In this document: positions 51,945 through 64,000 of the stretch, in pieces
Numbering within the stretch: position 1 is the stretch's first letter
How the letters are laid out: each line of letters begins with the position of its first letter
Source of the DNA: Mobula hypostoma
Taxonomy: Eukaryota
Reading direction: 5' to 3'
Assembly: GCF_963921235.1 (NCBI RefSeq)
Contig: NC_086097.1
Location: 185,196,001-185,260,000 of the forward strand
Length of the DNA stretch: 64,000 bases
Made by a program: the position numbers and the translations under genes
The notes under the pieces: generated by a model
Database searches by the model: none
What the model was told of the DNA's origin: nothing
The model's input: the letters and a program-made list of their open reading frames with translations, nothing else

Positions 51945-52862
51945 ATGTCTCCTGAGACGGTGATGTGCCTCTCATGTGAGATGTGGCAGTCTTGGGGGAA
52001 TGCCCCTCTCCCACAGAGTCACATCTGCCAGAAGTGCATATGGCTGGGCGATCTGGAAGACCGTGTAAGGAATCTGGAGCAGCACCTGGATGACCTTCGA
52101 CTCATATGGGAGAATGAGGCAGTCATAGATGAGAGCTACAGGCTGTCGGAAGCAGGTCATTGGGTGACAGTCAGAGGGGGGAAAGCGAAGGTGAGCAGAC
52201 AGGTAGTGCAGAGCACCCCTGTAGTCATTCCCCTGAATAATAAGTTTACCATCCTGGATACTGTTGTTGGGGACGACCAACCAGGTGTGAACCACGGTGG
52301 CAGGGCCTCCGGCACGGAGTCTGACCCTGTGGTACAGAAGGGTGGGACGGAGAAAAGCAGAGCTGTCATCATTGGAGACACTATAGTCAGGGGAGCAGAC
52401 AGGAGATTTTGTGAGAAGGACATCCGCATGGTTTGTTGCCTCCCGGGTGCCAGGGTCCGGGATGTCTCTGACTGGGTGCACGACATTCTGGTACGAGAGG
52501 GAAAGCAACCAGAAGTTGTGATACATGTTGGGACCAACGACATAGGCAGGAAGAGGGATGAGGTCCTGAAGTGTGAGTTTTGGGAACTAGGCAGAAGGCT
52601 GAAGAACAGGACCTCAAGGGTGGCGTTCTCAGGATTGCTGCCAGTGCTACGTGACAGTGATGGTAAGAATTGGAGGAGATGGCAGTTGAATGCGTGGCTG
52701 AGGAGTTGGTGCAGGGAGCAGGGTTTTAGATTTTTGGATCATTGGGATCTCTTCTGGGGAAGGTGGGACCTGTACAGATTAGATGGGTTGCACCTGAACT
52801 CGAGGGGGAGCAATATTCTTGCAGGTAGGTTCGCTGGCATGGTTCGGGAGGGTTTAAACTAA
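51945..52862 (+). CDS. CR1 ORF1 (Cys-rich motif, coiled coil, SGNH esterase), open frame
   Basis: CLSC...CQKC, heptad LEDRVRNLEQHLDDL, IGDT (Ser to Thr), HVGTND and DGLHLN. Confidence 0.85.
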   Translation: MSPETVMCLSCEMWQSWGNAPLPQSHICQKCIWLGDLEDRVRNLEQHLDDLRLIWENEAVIDESYRLSEAGHWVTVRGGKAKVSRQVVQSTPVVIPLNNKFTILDTVVGDDQPGVNHGGRASGTESDPVVQKGGTEKSRAVIIGDTIVRGADRRFCEKDIRMVCCLPGARVRDVSDWVHDILVREGKQPEVVIHVGTNDIGRKRDEVLKCEFWELGRRLKNRTSRVAFSGLLPVLRDSDGKNWRRWQLNAWLRSWCREQGFRFLDHWDLFWGRWDLYRLDGLHLNSRGSNILAGRFAGMVREGLN

Positions 52863-55750
52863 TTTGCGAGGGGGATGGGACCCAGAGCGATAGAGCAGTG
52901 AAAGAAGTGCATGGAGTAAAGCCAGATCTAACATAGAGAGGCTTTGAGGAAAGAGAAGCAGAATAAACGGTGTAAAGACAGTAAGGTAGAAGGGCTGAAA
53001 TGTGTGTACCTCAATGCAAGAAGCATCAGGAACAAAGGTGATGAACTGAGAGCTTGGATACATACATGGAATTATGATGTAGTGGCCATTACAGAGACTT
53101 GGCTGGCACCAGGGCAGGAATGGATTCTCAATATTCCTGGATTTCAGTGCTTTAAAAAGGATAGAGAGGGCGGAAAAAGGGGAGGAGGGGTGGAATTACT
53201 AATCAGGGATACTATTACAGCTGCGGAAAGGGTGGATAATGTAGCAGGATCCTCTTTTGAGTCAGTATGGGTGGAAGTCAGGAACAGGAAGGGAGCAGTT
53301 ACTCTATTGGGAGTATTCTATAGGCCCCCTGGTAGCAGCAGAGATAGAGAGGAGCAGATTGGGAGGCAGATTTCGGAAAGGTGCAAAAATAACAGGGTTG
53401 TTATCATGGGTGACTTTAACTTCCCTAATATTGATTAGCACCTGATTATTTCCAAGGGTTTAGATGGGGCAGAGTTTGTTAAGTGTGTCCAGGACAGATT
53501 CCTGTCACAGTATGTGGACAGGCCGACCGGGGGAATGCCATACTAGATCTAGAACTAGGTAATGAACCGGGTCAGGTCACAGATCTCTCAGTGGGTGAGC
53601 ATCTGGAGGACAGTGATGCTAAAGGATAGAACCAGAGAGGACAGGAAAATTTTTAATTGGGGAAGGGCAAATTATGAGGCTATGAGGCTATAAGGCTAGA
53701 ACATGGGTGTGAATTGGGATGATGTTTTTGCAGGGAATGTACTATGGACATGTGGTTGATGTTTAGGGATCTCTTGCAGGATGTAAGGGATAAATTTGTC
53801 CCAGTGAGGAAAATAAAGAATGGTAGGGTGAAGGAACCATGGGTGACAAGTGAAGTGGAAAATCTGGTCAGGTGGAAGAAGGCAGCATACATGAGGTTTA
53901 GGAAGCAAGGATCAGATGGGTCTATTGAGGAATATAGGAAAGCAAGAAAGGAGCTAATGAAGGGGCTGAGAAGAGCAAGAAGGGGGCATGAGAAGGCCTT
54001 GGCGAGTAGGGTAAAGGAAAACCCCAAGGCATTCTTCAATTATGTGAAGAAAAAAAGGATGACAGGAGTGAAGGTAGGACCGATTAGAGATAAAGGTGGG
54101 AAGATGCGCCTGGAGGCTGTGGAAGTGAGCTAGGTCCTCAATGAATACTTCTCTTCAGTATTCACCAATGAGAGGGAACTTGATGGTGAGGACAATATGA
54201 GTGAGGTTGATGTTCTGGAGCATGTTGATATTAAGGGAGAGGAGGTGTTGGAGTTGTTAAGATACATTAGGACGGCTAAGTCCCCAGGGCCAGACGGAAT
54301 ATTCCCCAGGCTGCTCCATGAGGTGAGGGAAGAGATTGTTGAGCCTCTGGCTAGGATCCTTATGTCCTCGTTGTCCACAGGATTGGTACTGGAGGATTGG
54401 GGGGAGGCGAATGTTGTCCCCTTGTTCAAAAAAGGTAGTAGGGATAGTCCGGGTAATTATAGACCAGTGAGCCTTACATCTGTGGTGGGAAAGCTGTTGG
54501 AAAAGATTCTTAGAGATAGGATCTCTGGGCATTCAGAGAATCATGGTCCGATCAGGGACAGTCAGCATGGCTTTGTGAAGGGCAGATTGTGTCTAACAAG
54601 CCTGATAGAGTTCTTTGAGGAGGTGACCAGGCATACAGATGAGGGTAGTGCAGTGGGTGTGATCTATATGAATTTTTGTAAGGCATTTGACAAGGTTCCA
54701 CATGGTAGGCTTATTCAGAAAGTCAGAAGGCATGGGATCCAGGGAAGTTTGGCCCGGTGGATTCAGAATTGGCTTGCCTGCAGAAGGCAGAGGGTCGTGG
54801 TGGAGGGAGTACATTCAGATTGGAGGATTGTGACTGGTGGTCTCCCACAAGGATCTGTTCTGGGACCTCTACTTTTCATGATTTTTATTAACGACCTGGC
54901 TGTCAGGGTAGAAGGGTGGGTTGGCAAGTTTGCAGATGACACAAATGTTGGTGGTGTTGTAGATAGTGTAGAGGATTGTCAAAGATTGCAGAGAGACATT
55001 GATAGGATGCAGAAGTGGGCTGAGAAGTGGCAGATAGAGTTCAACCGGGAGAAGTGTGAGGTGGTACACTTTGGAAGGACAAACTCCAAGGCAGAGTACA
55101 AAGTAAATGGCAGGATACTTGGTAGTGTGGAGGAGCAGAGGGATCTCTGGGTACATGTCCACAGATCCCTGAAAGTTGCCTCACAGGTGGATAGGGTAGT
55201 TAAGAAAGCTTATGGGATGTTAGCTTTCATAAGTCGAGGGATAGAGTTGAAGAGTCGCGATGTAATGATGCAGCTCTATAAAACTCTGGTTAGGCCACAC
55301 TTGGAGTACTGTGTCCAGTTCTGGTCGCCTCACTGTAGGAAGGATGTGGAAGCATTGGAAAGGGTACAGAGGAGATTTACCAGGATGCTGCCTGGTTTAG
55401 AGAGTATGCATTATGATCAAAGATTAAGGGAGCTGGGGCTTTATTCTTTGGAGAGAAGGAGGATGAGAGGAGACATGATAGATTTGTACAAGATAATATG
55501 AGGAATAGATAGAGTGGACAGCCAGCGCCTCTTCCCCAGGGCACCACTGCTCAATACAAGAGGACATGGCTTTAAGGTAAGGGGTGGGAAGTTCAAGGGG
55601 GATATTAGAGGAAGGTTTTTTACTCAGAGTGGTTGGTGCGTGGAATGCACTGCCTGAGTCAGTGTTGGAGGCAGATACACTAGTGAAGTTTAAGAGACTA
55701 CTGGACAGGTATATGAAGGAATTTAAGGTGGGGGCTTATATGGGAGGCAG
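52863..55750 (+). pseudogene. CR1 ORF2 of element B, multiple disruptions
   Basis: ORF pieces 52944-53438, 53744-54133 and 54197-55501 carrying EN and RT (FADD) motifs. Confidence 0.92.
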
Positions 55751-55879
55751 GGTTTGAGGGTCGGCACAACATTGTGGGCCGAAGGGCCTGTATTGTGCTG
55801 TACTATTCTATGTTCTATGCTGTGTTAGATTCACTTGCGTTTTGAACGAATGGGAATGAAGGGGCTTAAAGTGGATATT

Positions 55880-56600
55880 GGTCAAATTTCATGCTCCCAC
55901 TGATTTCAGCTCAATTTTAATATCATCTGACTGCACATACATACAACCAAACAAAACAGCGTTCCTCTGGACTGTGGTGCACCCACACAACATGTATCAC
56001 ACACAGAACTTAAACCAAATTATTACACTACAAATAAGTTAATAAAATGTAATTCAAAACACATGTAGGAAAGCACAGCACAGGTAAGCAGTAAATCAGA
56101 CAGAAAACAACTCGCTGTCCTAGAGATGAGACCTTAGTAATGACAGAGTGTTCATTAATCTCACAGCCTAAGGGAAGAAGTTGTAACCCAGTCTGGCAGG
56201 CTAAATCCTGATGCTTCTATACCTCCTTCCTGATGGTAGTGGGTCAAAGAGATCGTGGTTTGGGTGGTAAGTTATCCTCAACAATGCTTTGGGCCCTTCA
56301 TCTGCAAGGATCCTGGTAAATGTCATAAATAGAGGGGAGAGGAAGCCCAATGATGCTTTCAGCAGTTTTTACTGTCCTCCGTAGGGTCTTGCAGCTTCTG
56401 TACCACACAATTGATGTAGCTAGTTAGGACACTGTTGGCTGTGCTCCTGTAGAAAGATGTTACAACGTGAGTGGGGAGCCTTGCTCAGCTCAATCACCCA
56501 AGAAAGTATAGATGCTGCTGTGCCTTCTTGGCTGGTGAGGAGGTGGTGTGGGTCCAGGATAGATGATCTGTTATGGGCCACCAAGATGGCCACACACACG
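55880..56600 (-). mobile_element. Rex1/Babar-like 3' fragment
   Basis: Minus strand 'FDPLPSGRRYRSIR' remnant. Confidence 0.7.
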
Positions 56601-57699
56601 CTTTGCCTTCCTTGCAGTTATGTTTTGCTTGAGTAACCTCTACTCCACACTAAGATACTCCTCTTTCTCCCGTATAACACACAAAATATTCCCTAAATGG
56701 ATGTTATTCGTGCTGCTGAAAACCAATTGCCAGTGTGAGGGACTGTGGAATAGGGATAAGAACACTTAAGCAGGGTCTCACCAACAGAGGAGCAAGAATA
56801 AATGCAAAGGCAGAGGGGCACAACAATAAATTGAGAAGTATTCTCAAACTGCAGGTACAAGATCAAAATCTGCAGAACCTTATGCATATAGGCTTCATCC
56901 ATTTTATCAGCAATGAGTGATGCTGCAGTTTACTCTACTCAATTAGATTGCATTATGTTTGAAGACCAAGCATGTTTACAGAACTGTACTACTTCCTGTC
57001 ACTTCGAAGGGCCATAGATGTTCAGTCATTGAGGATGTTCAAATCTAAGATCAATAGGTTTTTTGAAACTAAAGAAATCGGTGCATATGTAGATTGAATG
57101 GAAAAATGTCATCAGTACAGTGTCAGTCTTTTTCTTACTGAATGGTGGAACAGGCTCTAAGCTCTTACTGAAAATTAGGTTTGTGGTTACTTATGAAACA
57201 AATGTTACAGGGATAAGAAACAGGCTCTAATAAATTCTGCTCCAACATTGGGCCAAAGTCGTCTTTACTGGCACAATGCAAATAAACTGAAAGTTGAAAG
57301 AAACTTTTGGAATATTTAGAGACTCGAAATGACTGCTCCCCAGATGCTCTTATTAAAGTATTCAGTGAGCCATTTTTATAACATCTATGGTACAAGTAAG
57401 TTAACAGAGTTTTCCTGAAGTTGATCACCTGTATCTTAGATTAAACTATTGCCACCTTTAAAATTATAGTACATGTTGTAAATTATCCATGAGTATATTT
57501 TTACCAAGTTGCATATATGTACAAAAAACTCAATTTTTCACTAAGTAGGTAAATGTTGGTAAATCTTATTAATTTCCATTGTATAGATTTATCTTTGTCT
57601 TTACAAAAAACGTGCAGTGGGAATATTTTTAGAAATAAACTAATGTATGCAGTTGTGTAACTAGGTCATGTGGTCAAGTATGTAGAGATTCTTACGTGT

Positions 57700-60600
57700 C
57701 GAGAATAATGGGTTCTTTATAGAAGAACAATGCAGGGAACTATATCAGCCACTGTTCATTAAGACTTTTGTTACCTGCTGCTGGGCCATTGGACTCCCCT
57801 TCCCCCACAACCACTCTCCAGCAGGTCGTTCAGGCTCCACCATCACCTCTTGCGTCCTCAGAGCCTTCATCTTCCTCCCACCCACCTTCCCTGAACACCC
57901 CAACCCTCGCCTCTGCTCTGGCACCGCCAACTCTCAACCCACCCTCTGATCCAAGCTCTAATCCTTGCTGCGTCTTCACCATTCCTACCGACCTGTCCCT
58001 TTCTGAAGTGGAAACTTTTGTCCTCAGCAAGGGCCTTACCTTTGTTTCCCTTTGCCGCACCTCGGTGAACTCTGCCCCCACCACGATGCTGAGCTCTTTT
58101 TCCATCTACAAACCCCCACCCCCCTTTTTTATGGACATGCTGTCCTGGATCTTTTCATCTCAAATTACTGACGAGACATCAACATTCCTCTCTCCTCCTC
58201 GAACTTTAGCCCCTCTGAGCACACTACCCTCAGCTCTCTCCACACCAAATCCAAACTTAGCATCAAACCCATAGACAAAGGGGGTTCTGTTCCGGTGTAG
58301 CAGAGGAACTTCTAACTTGCTGAGGCCAGACAGCAACTTTCAGACACCTCTTCATACCTACCCCTTGAAGAGGACCCCACTTTGGACCATCAGAAAACTG
58401 TCTCCAACACCAACACTGACCTCATTAGCTCTGGAGAACTCCTATTCACTGCCACCAAACTCGATGTTCCCTTGCCCCACTGCTCACTTCCACCTCCTAC
58501 CCAAGATCCACAAACTTGATTGTTCAGGGAGGCCCATTGTCTCGGCCTACTCCTGCCCCACTGAACGTGTCCTCATACCTCGACTCCATTCTATCCCTCT
58601 TGGTTCAGTTCTTTCTGACATACATCGACAACACTTCACATGCTTTCAATCTCCCTATCAAGAAGGCCTTAAAATTCTTTGTTTCTTTTTCAATAAAAGA
58701 ACCAAACAGATCCAGTACCACCCTCCTCCATCTTTTCCCACTTCCTCCAGACTCAATGGGTAGCCATGGGCACCACTATGGGCCCAGCTATGCCTGCATT
58801 TTCAATGGCTATGTAGAAAAGTCAATGATTCAAGCCTTTCCATGTAATACTCCACAACTGTTCCTTCGCTACATTGACGACTGCATTGGTGCTGCTTCTT
58901 GCACCAAGCTGAGCTTCATCAATTTCATCAACTTTGCCTTCAGCTTCCACCCAGCTGTTAAGTTCACTTAGTCCATTTCTGGCACCTCCCTCCCCGTTCT
59001 CTATCTATCTGTCTCCATCTCTGGAGACAAACTGTCAACTGATATCTTTTATAAACCTACCAATTCCCAGTTATCTTGACTATACCTCTTCCCACCCTGT
59101 GTCCTGTAAAAATGCTATTTCTTTTTCTCAATTTCTTTGTCTCTGCTGCATCTGTTGCCAGCAAGTGGCTCTCCTTTCCAGGACTTCAGAGATGACCTCC
59201 TTCCTCAAAGAATGGGGCTTCCCTCTCTCCAATTCCTTAACATCCGTCTCCATCCATCTTACTGCTGCTTTAACAGTGACAGAGTTCCTCTCGTCCTTAC
59301 CTACCACTGCATGAGCCTCCTCATCCAACACATAATTCTCTGCAACGTCTACCACTTCCAAAGGGATCCTATCTCCCCCCCCCCCCCCCCGCTTTCTGCA
59401 GAGATTGTTTCCTCCATGGTTCCCTTGACCATTGGCCTCTCCTCACTAATCTCCCTCCAGGCACTTATCCCTGCAAGTAGCCTAAGTGCTACACCTGCCC
59501 ATTCACCTCCTCCCTCACCTCCATTCAGGGCCCCAGACAGTCCTTCCAGGTAAAGCAACACCTCACCTGTGTATCCGCTGCAGTCGTCTATTGTGTCCAG
59601 TACTCCTGATACGGCCTCCTCTACATTGGTGAGACCCGTCGTAAATTGAGGGTCCGCTTCATTGAGCAAGTCAACTCCATCCGCCAAGAGCAGAACTTCC
59701 TGGCGGCCAAACATTTTAGTTATGACTCCCATTCCTGTTCAACACGTCGGTCCATGGCCTCCTCTTGTGCCGTGATGAGGCAATCCTCAAGTTGGAGGAG
59801 CGATGTCTTATTTATTTATTTACAACATGGACTGGGTCCTTTCAGCCACCCAGCAATCCCCTAATTTCACCCTAGCTTAATCACAGGACAATTTATAATG
59901 ACCAATTAAACTACCAGCTTGTATTTGGGAACTCATATTTCCCAGACTTGGGAACAGCTTCTTTGCAACTGTGATAAGACTGCTGAACGGATCCTGATCC
60001 GGATCTGGGCCGTGCCCTTCAAATACCCGAACCTGCCTCTCGGTTCTTTTGCACTACCTTACTTTCCATTTTCTATTTTCTATTTATGATTTATAATTTA
60101 AGTTTTTAATATTTGCTATCAATTTGTACTCCAGGGAGTGGGAAGCGCAGAATCAAATATCGCTGTGATGATTGCACGTTCTAGTATCAATTGTTCAGCA
60201 ACAATAAAGTATATACTTGGATTGTGGGAGGAAACCAGATCATCTGGAAGAAACTCACAAAATTATGGGGAGAACGTGCAGTGGCAGGAATTGAATGCCA
60301 GTCACTGGTACTGTAAAGTATTCTACTAACCACTACACCACTGTGCTGCCCCAATCAGATACAGTGTCTTGAAGGCTCTTCAAGCCACACTGCCCAGCAA
60401 TCCCCCAACCTTATGCTAGCCTAATCACTGGACCAGTTAACCTACCAGCCGGTACGTCTTTGGACTGTACCATATACCCCATCTGGTTACCCTCCAACTT
60501 GATGAATATCAATTTCTCCTCCAGTAGAAAAAAATTCCCTACCCCTCCCCTCTACTACAATGCTCCACCCTGGCCTCTTACCTCTTCTCAGCTCCACTTG

Positions 60601-60845
60601 GGTCCCCTTCTCCTTCCCTTTCTCCTATGGTCCACTCTCCTCTCCTATCAGATTCCTTCCTCTCCAGCCACCTAGATTCACCTATCACCTTCTAGTTATC
60701 CTTCTCCTCTCCCCACTGTTGATTTCCTCCTTCCTTTCCCGTCCTGAAGAAGGGTCTTGGCCAGAAACGCCGAATGTTTTTTTCATTTCCATAGATGCTG
60801 CCTGACCTGCTGAGTTCCTCTGGCATTTTGTATGTGTTGCTTTGT
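57700..60845 (+). mobile_element. Long degraded Penelope-like element (RT, GIY-YIG, pLTR), interrupted at ~59808-60468
   Basis: VLSKGLTFV, LLPKIHK, GRPIVS, FLRYIDDC and VVYCV...LYIGET; degenerate hammerhead at 60741-60775. Confidence 0.9.
59808..60468. mobile_element. Nested stack: HE1-like SINE pieces (-) split by a Rex 3' end (+, ~59945-60212)
   Basis: SINE tail 59810-59930, SINE head/core 60213-60352, second SINE tail 60355-60465; 'RLGNSFFATVIRLLN' in the middle piece. Confidence 0.7.
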
Positions 60846-62207
60846 TATTTAAATGCTATGCTTCTGCAGATCCAATCCATACGCCAATTGTATTTCAGTA
60901 AACGTCATTGCTCAGGTGGTAATGTTGCACCAAATCGTGACCCAGCTTCCTGGTCGAGTGGAGCTACTCTACAGGATAAGTGGGAAAGTGGTCTATGTCA
61001 CCTTCATTCCAGAACCAAGGCCACTCTATTGTTCATCACTGAGCTACAGTACTGATGATGCTTGAATTAGTCCATCGTTGGACGCTGAGCTTTATGTGTT
61101 ATGTAAGAGAATGGCCCTAAATCATTCATAAATAAATGACGCCTTAGACTTGTTCTATAACTTCATCCTTGGCAACAAAGAACTGTTAAAAAATTACTGA
61201 AGAATATCAGCCATTTTAGACAATGAGGACCTTCCTCATAGGCAAAGATCAGTAATGAAATTCACCATCTCCAGTCCCAGTATAGAACTACATCATCTGA
61301 GGAAAAGGGTATCCAAAGTTCAAACTGTAACATATTGAGCAACAGGGGAAAAAAATTGGAAATGTAATATTATGTGGGTAAACCTGAAATTGCCTACTTC
61401 GGAAGGAAAAACACAAAGATATAATGTCAGTTAAGTGCTATTAGATCAGCAGGTTATATCGTGCAGAGACTTGGGTGTCCTTGTTAACTAATCACTGAAA
61501 GCAAACATGAAGAGAGTAAAATGATTGTCATGTTGACCTTCAGGAAAAGAAGGATTTAAGTAAAGGAGCAAAGATGTCTAGCTACATTTCTGCTGAGCAT
61601 ATAGTGAGTCTTGTGTGTAGTTTTTTTTTCTTTCCGGTGCATCAACACTTTCCTGTCTAACAGAATTCCAGCTTCTTTCAAAAGTGTTTAAGAGCAGTAT
61701 TCTTAAGTAGCGGACTCTGAAAGCCTTGTGGTTCACAGAACAACTGTAATAAAGGGAAAAGATTACAGCAAATTTCGGCCCTGAATGTTCAATCTGCCAA
61801 CTCAGGAACCCTGTGCTTGTGTGGGCGTCAGGAGTCAGCTCAAAGTTGGACAGCAAAAGCTCTCGACAATTGATTTCAACTACAGAGCAGCTGTTCTTAA
61901 ACCATCAGCCAATTCTTAAAGAAAGTTCAAGCAAGGAAAGTGGTGTAAACCTGCAGAAAGCGAACAGGCTGAAAATAAAAACACAAGTGTACATAAGGGC
62001 TGTGCACTGCGACGCCACTTTGATGGAAGAAGAAAGAAATAGCTATTAAAGCATATGTACATTTCGTGAATACTTTGGAATTGTGTAAAATAACCTTCAA
62101 CTCATTTACAATCTGATTTGAGATAAATGGAAATGCTTTCTCATGGCCAGTAGTATTTCTGAAAACATGCAGGCAATAAATCTCATCAAGGAAGCAAGGA
62201 AAGGAAA

Positions 62208-62430
62208 AGTATGTCGCATCTGGGGTTTCTCCGGTTAGCGGACAATTTCCCTCCACGCCTCTCTGACATAGTGGGGAACCGCGTACGAGGCAAGTTACCG
62301 CAGCGGTTTGCCATTGCCTTCTGCCGGGTGAGTTTCCAAAGAGATCACCAGCTTGTAACCTAGCACGGATGGAAAGTGTGCAGGGGAGCCGGCTGGATTC
62401 CGGCGCTGATGCCACTACGCCACCAGCCAG
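62208..62430 (-). mobile_element. tRNA-headed SINE with an RTE-type motif; B box missing
   Basis: A box tggcgtagtgg; cagaaggcaatggcaaaccgctgc at 62300-62323 (minus). Confidence 0.65.
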
Positions 62431-63699
62431 GTTAGAGAAAGCAAAACACAATATAACTTACAGAAATCAGCTTGAAAGCATATTGCACTCTGACTGACTT
62501 AAGTAACCCACAAAAAAACTGCAGATATATCATTTTTAGAAGTAATTCAAGTGTTGGACAATGCTTTAGATAACTATAGCTCTGGAACAGATAGTCAAAA
62601 GCAAAAAGAAACTAAAGCAAAAGGAAGGGTTAATTGCAATGCTCAAACACCAATAAAGACAACACTGCTTTGGAAAGTGGATCTAAGTTTGCTGTAAAGG
62701 AAAGGAGGATAAAAATGAAGCCATTAAGCATTAAAAGCCTTATTTAGGACTGTGACTTTATGGTAATGACAGACAACAAACCTAGGGTTTACTTTCTAAG
62801 TTGGACACAAATGTAATGGTCCTGTGGCAAATGTAATATTAGTCTACATGTAAAGAAAAATGCAGGAAGTTTTGGTTCAAGAACAAGGACAAAATCATGT
62901 GACTGCAAAGGATTCATGCTATTATAGTCACATCTTATAGGACTGTTCTTGATAAAATTCCAAGATGCAACTCACATTAGAAGAAAGTGCCTACAGTAGT
63001 AGTTTGTAAAATTAAGTGCAACACAATAGGGAAGAGTGTAGCCTCAAATGCCTCTTGAACATAGAGTGAACAAATTTCTCAGGAAGTTACAAAAAGCAAA
63101 TACACATAATATAATTGCTATGGATAACACAGAAATGATCTTATATAGCATTTATGCAATAAGCAACAGTCCCATGAGACCACAGGACTTTAAAGTTCTA
63201 ATTTTGATTGGCAGAAAGTCATTAGAGGAGTTTCAATGCAGCTGTGGATCATTCCACCATTCGGAAGCTCAGCTAGGACCAGCTGTTCGGTCATCCACCT
63301 TCAAAGGGGACAAGGTCATTCTTTAGACTTTTTCAGAGCAAATTTTAAAAACCTTTGTACGGATGCAATGTATGGTATGGAATGAGGACGAGTGTCAACT
63401 CCACTAACTGGATTGCAATAATTGACAAAGATGGGCTAACAGCACAGAAACTGGTGGGTTTTCTGTCTGATCTCTAGGATAATGTTTGCTTGCATTAGTA
63501 ATAAAAGTTTAAATTTCACATTGTAAGTTGTGGACGGATATTTCCCAGTCACAAGTAGCAAGATTTCCTAGCTAACTCAGCCACATGTAATACGAAAACA
63601 AATCAATGAACGAGAAGATATATAAGTAAACACATAAGTACCCACAGATTTATTTGGTATTTACAGTAATTGTGGCTATAAATTTACAAGGATATTTAA

Positions 63700-63870
63700 A
63701 ATAGAAGTATCAGGAATATCTGAGGATTTATAAGGCATTAGTCAGACCACATTTGGAGTATCGTGAGCAGTTTTGGGCTCCATGTCTAAGAAAAATGTAC
63801 TGACATAGGAGAAGGGCTAGATGAAGTTCACAGCAATGATTCTGAGAATGAAAGGGTTAATGTATGAGTT
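63700..63870 (+). mobile_element. CR1 RT C-terminal fragment (a similar one lies at 61300-61620)
   Basis: IYKALVRPHLEYREQFWAP. Confidence 0.8.
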
Positions 63871-64000
63871 TTATTTCTCCCGCACAGACTTAATATGTAC
63901 CCCAACAATAACAGCCAACATAGAGTATTCTTACTACTTCAATTAACTGTGCAAAATATATTTTGGACCCAGAGAGTCTCCACGAGGAAATAAGATGTTT

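Larger units (their letters stand above)
48100..55819 (+). mobile_element. Near full-length CR1 (element B), with element A nested in its 5'UTR
   Basis: Putative 5'UTR 48100-48339 plus 51905-51944; ORF1 51945-52862; disrupted ORF2 ~52863-55750; (TTCTATG)n tail. Confidence 0.88.

Noticed and set aside
61578..62049. ORFs in unique-looking sequence (also 19674-19997 and 57165-57428)
   Set aside because: No recognisable domain or consistent exon boundaries.

Overview
Eukaryotic, transposon-saturated window with no recognisable intact host gene. The mix of CR1 LINEs with SGNH-esterase ORF1, Penelope-like elements (PLEs), Rex1/Babar, RTE, RTE-X and HE1/V-type tRNA SINEs suggests a cartilaginous fish, probably a ray (inference). 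Nearly all long ORFs in the track are TE-derived or their antisense shadows. Highlights: (1) a 3.57-kb Ty3/Gypsy element (40774-44343) with 229-bp LTRs, an RT-core deletion and no tRNA PBS. The PBS position instead holds the reverse complement of the LTR segment spanning its own AATAAA, a candidate self-priming and poly(A)-masking hairpin. (2) A ~1.06-kb fold-back PLE insertion with a 15-bp TSD and a minimal hammerhead ribozyme in each arm, plus other PLE hammerheads. (3) A 40-bp minisatellite of ~33 copies, apparently amplified from a CR1 3' end. (4) A near-intact CR1 nested in the 5'UTR of another CR1. (5) An AT-rich Crack/L2-like LINE tail with a 13-bp TSD. (6) A low-confidence chain of minus-strand micro-exons that may be the 3' end of an unidentified host gene. 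Family assignments come from motif recognition only; no database search was run, and boundaries of old fragments are approximate.
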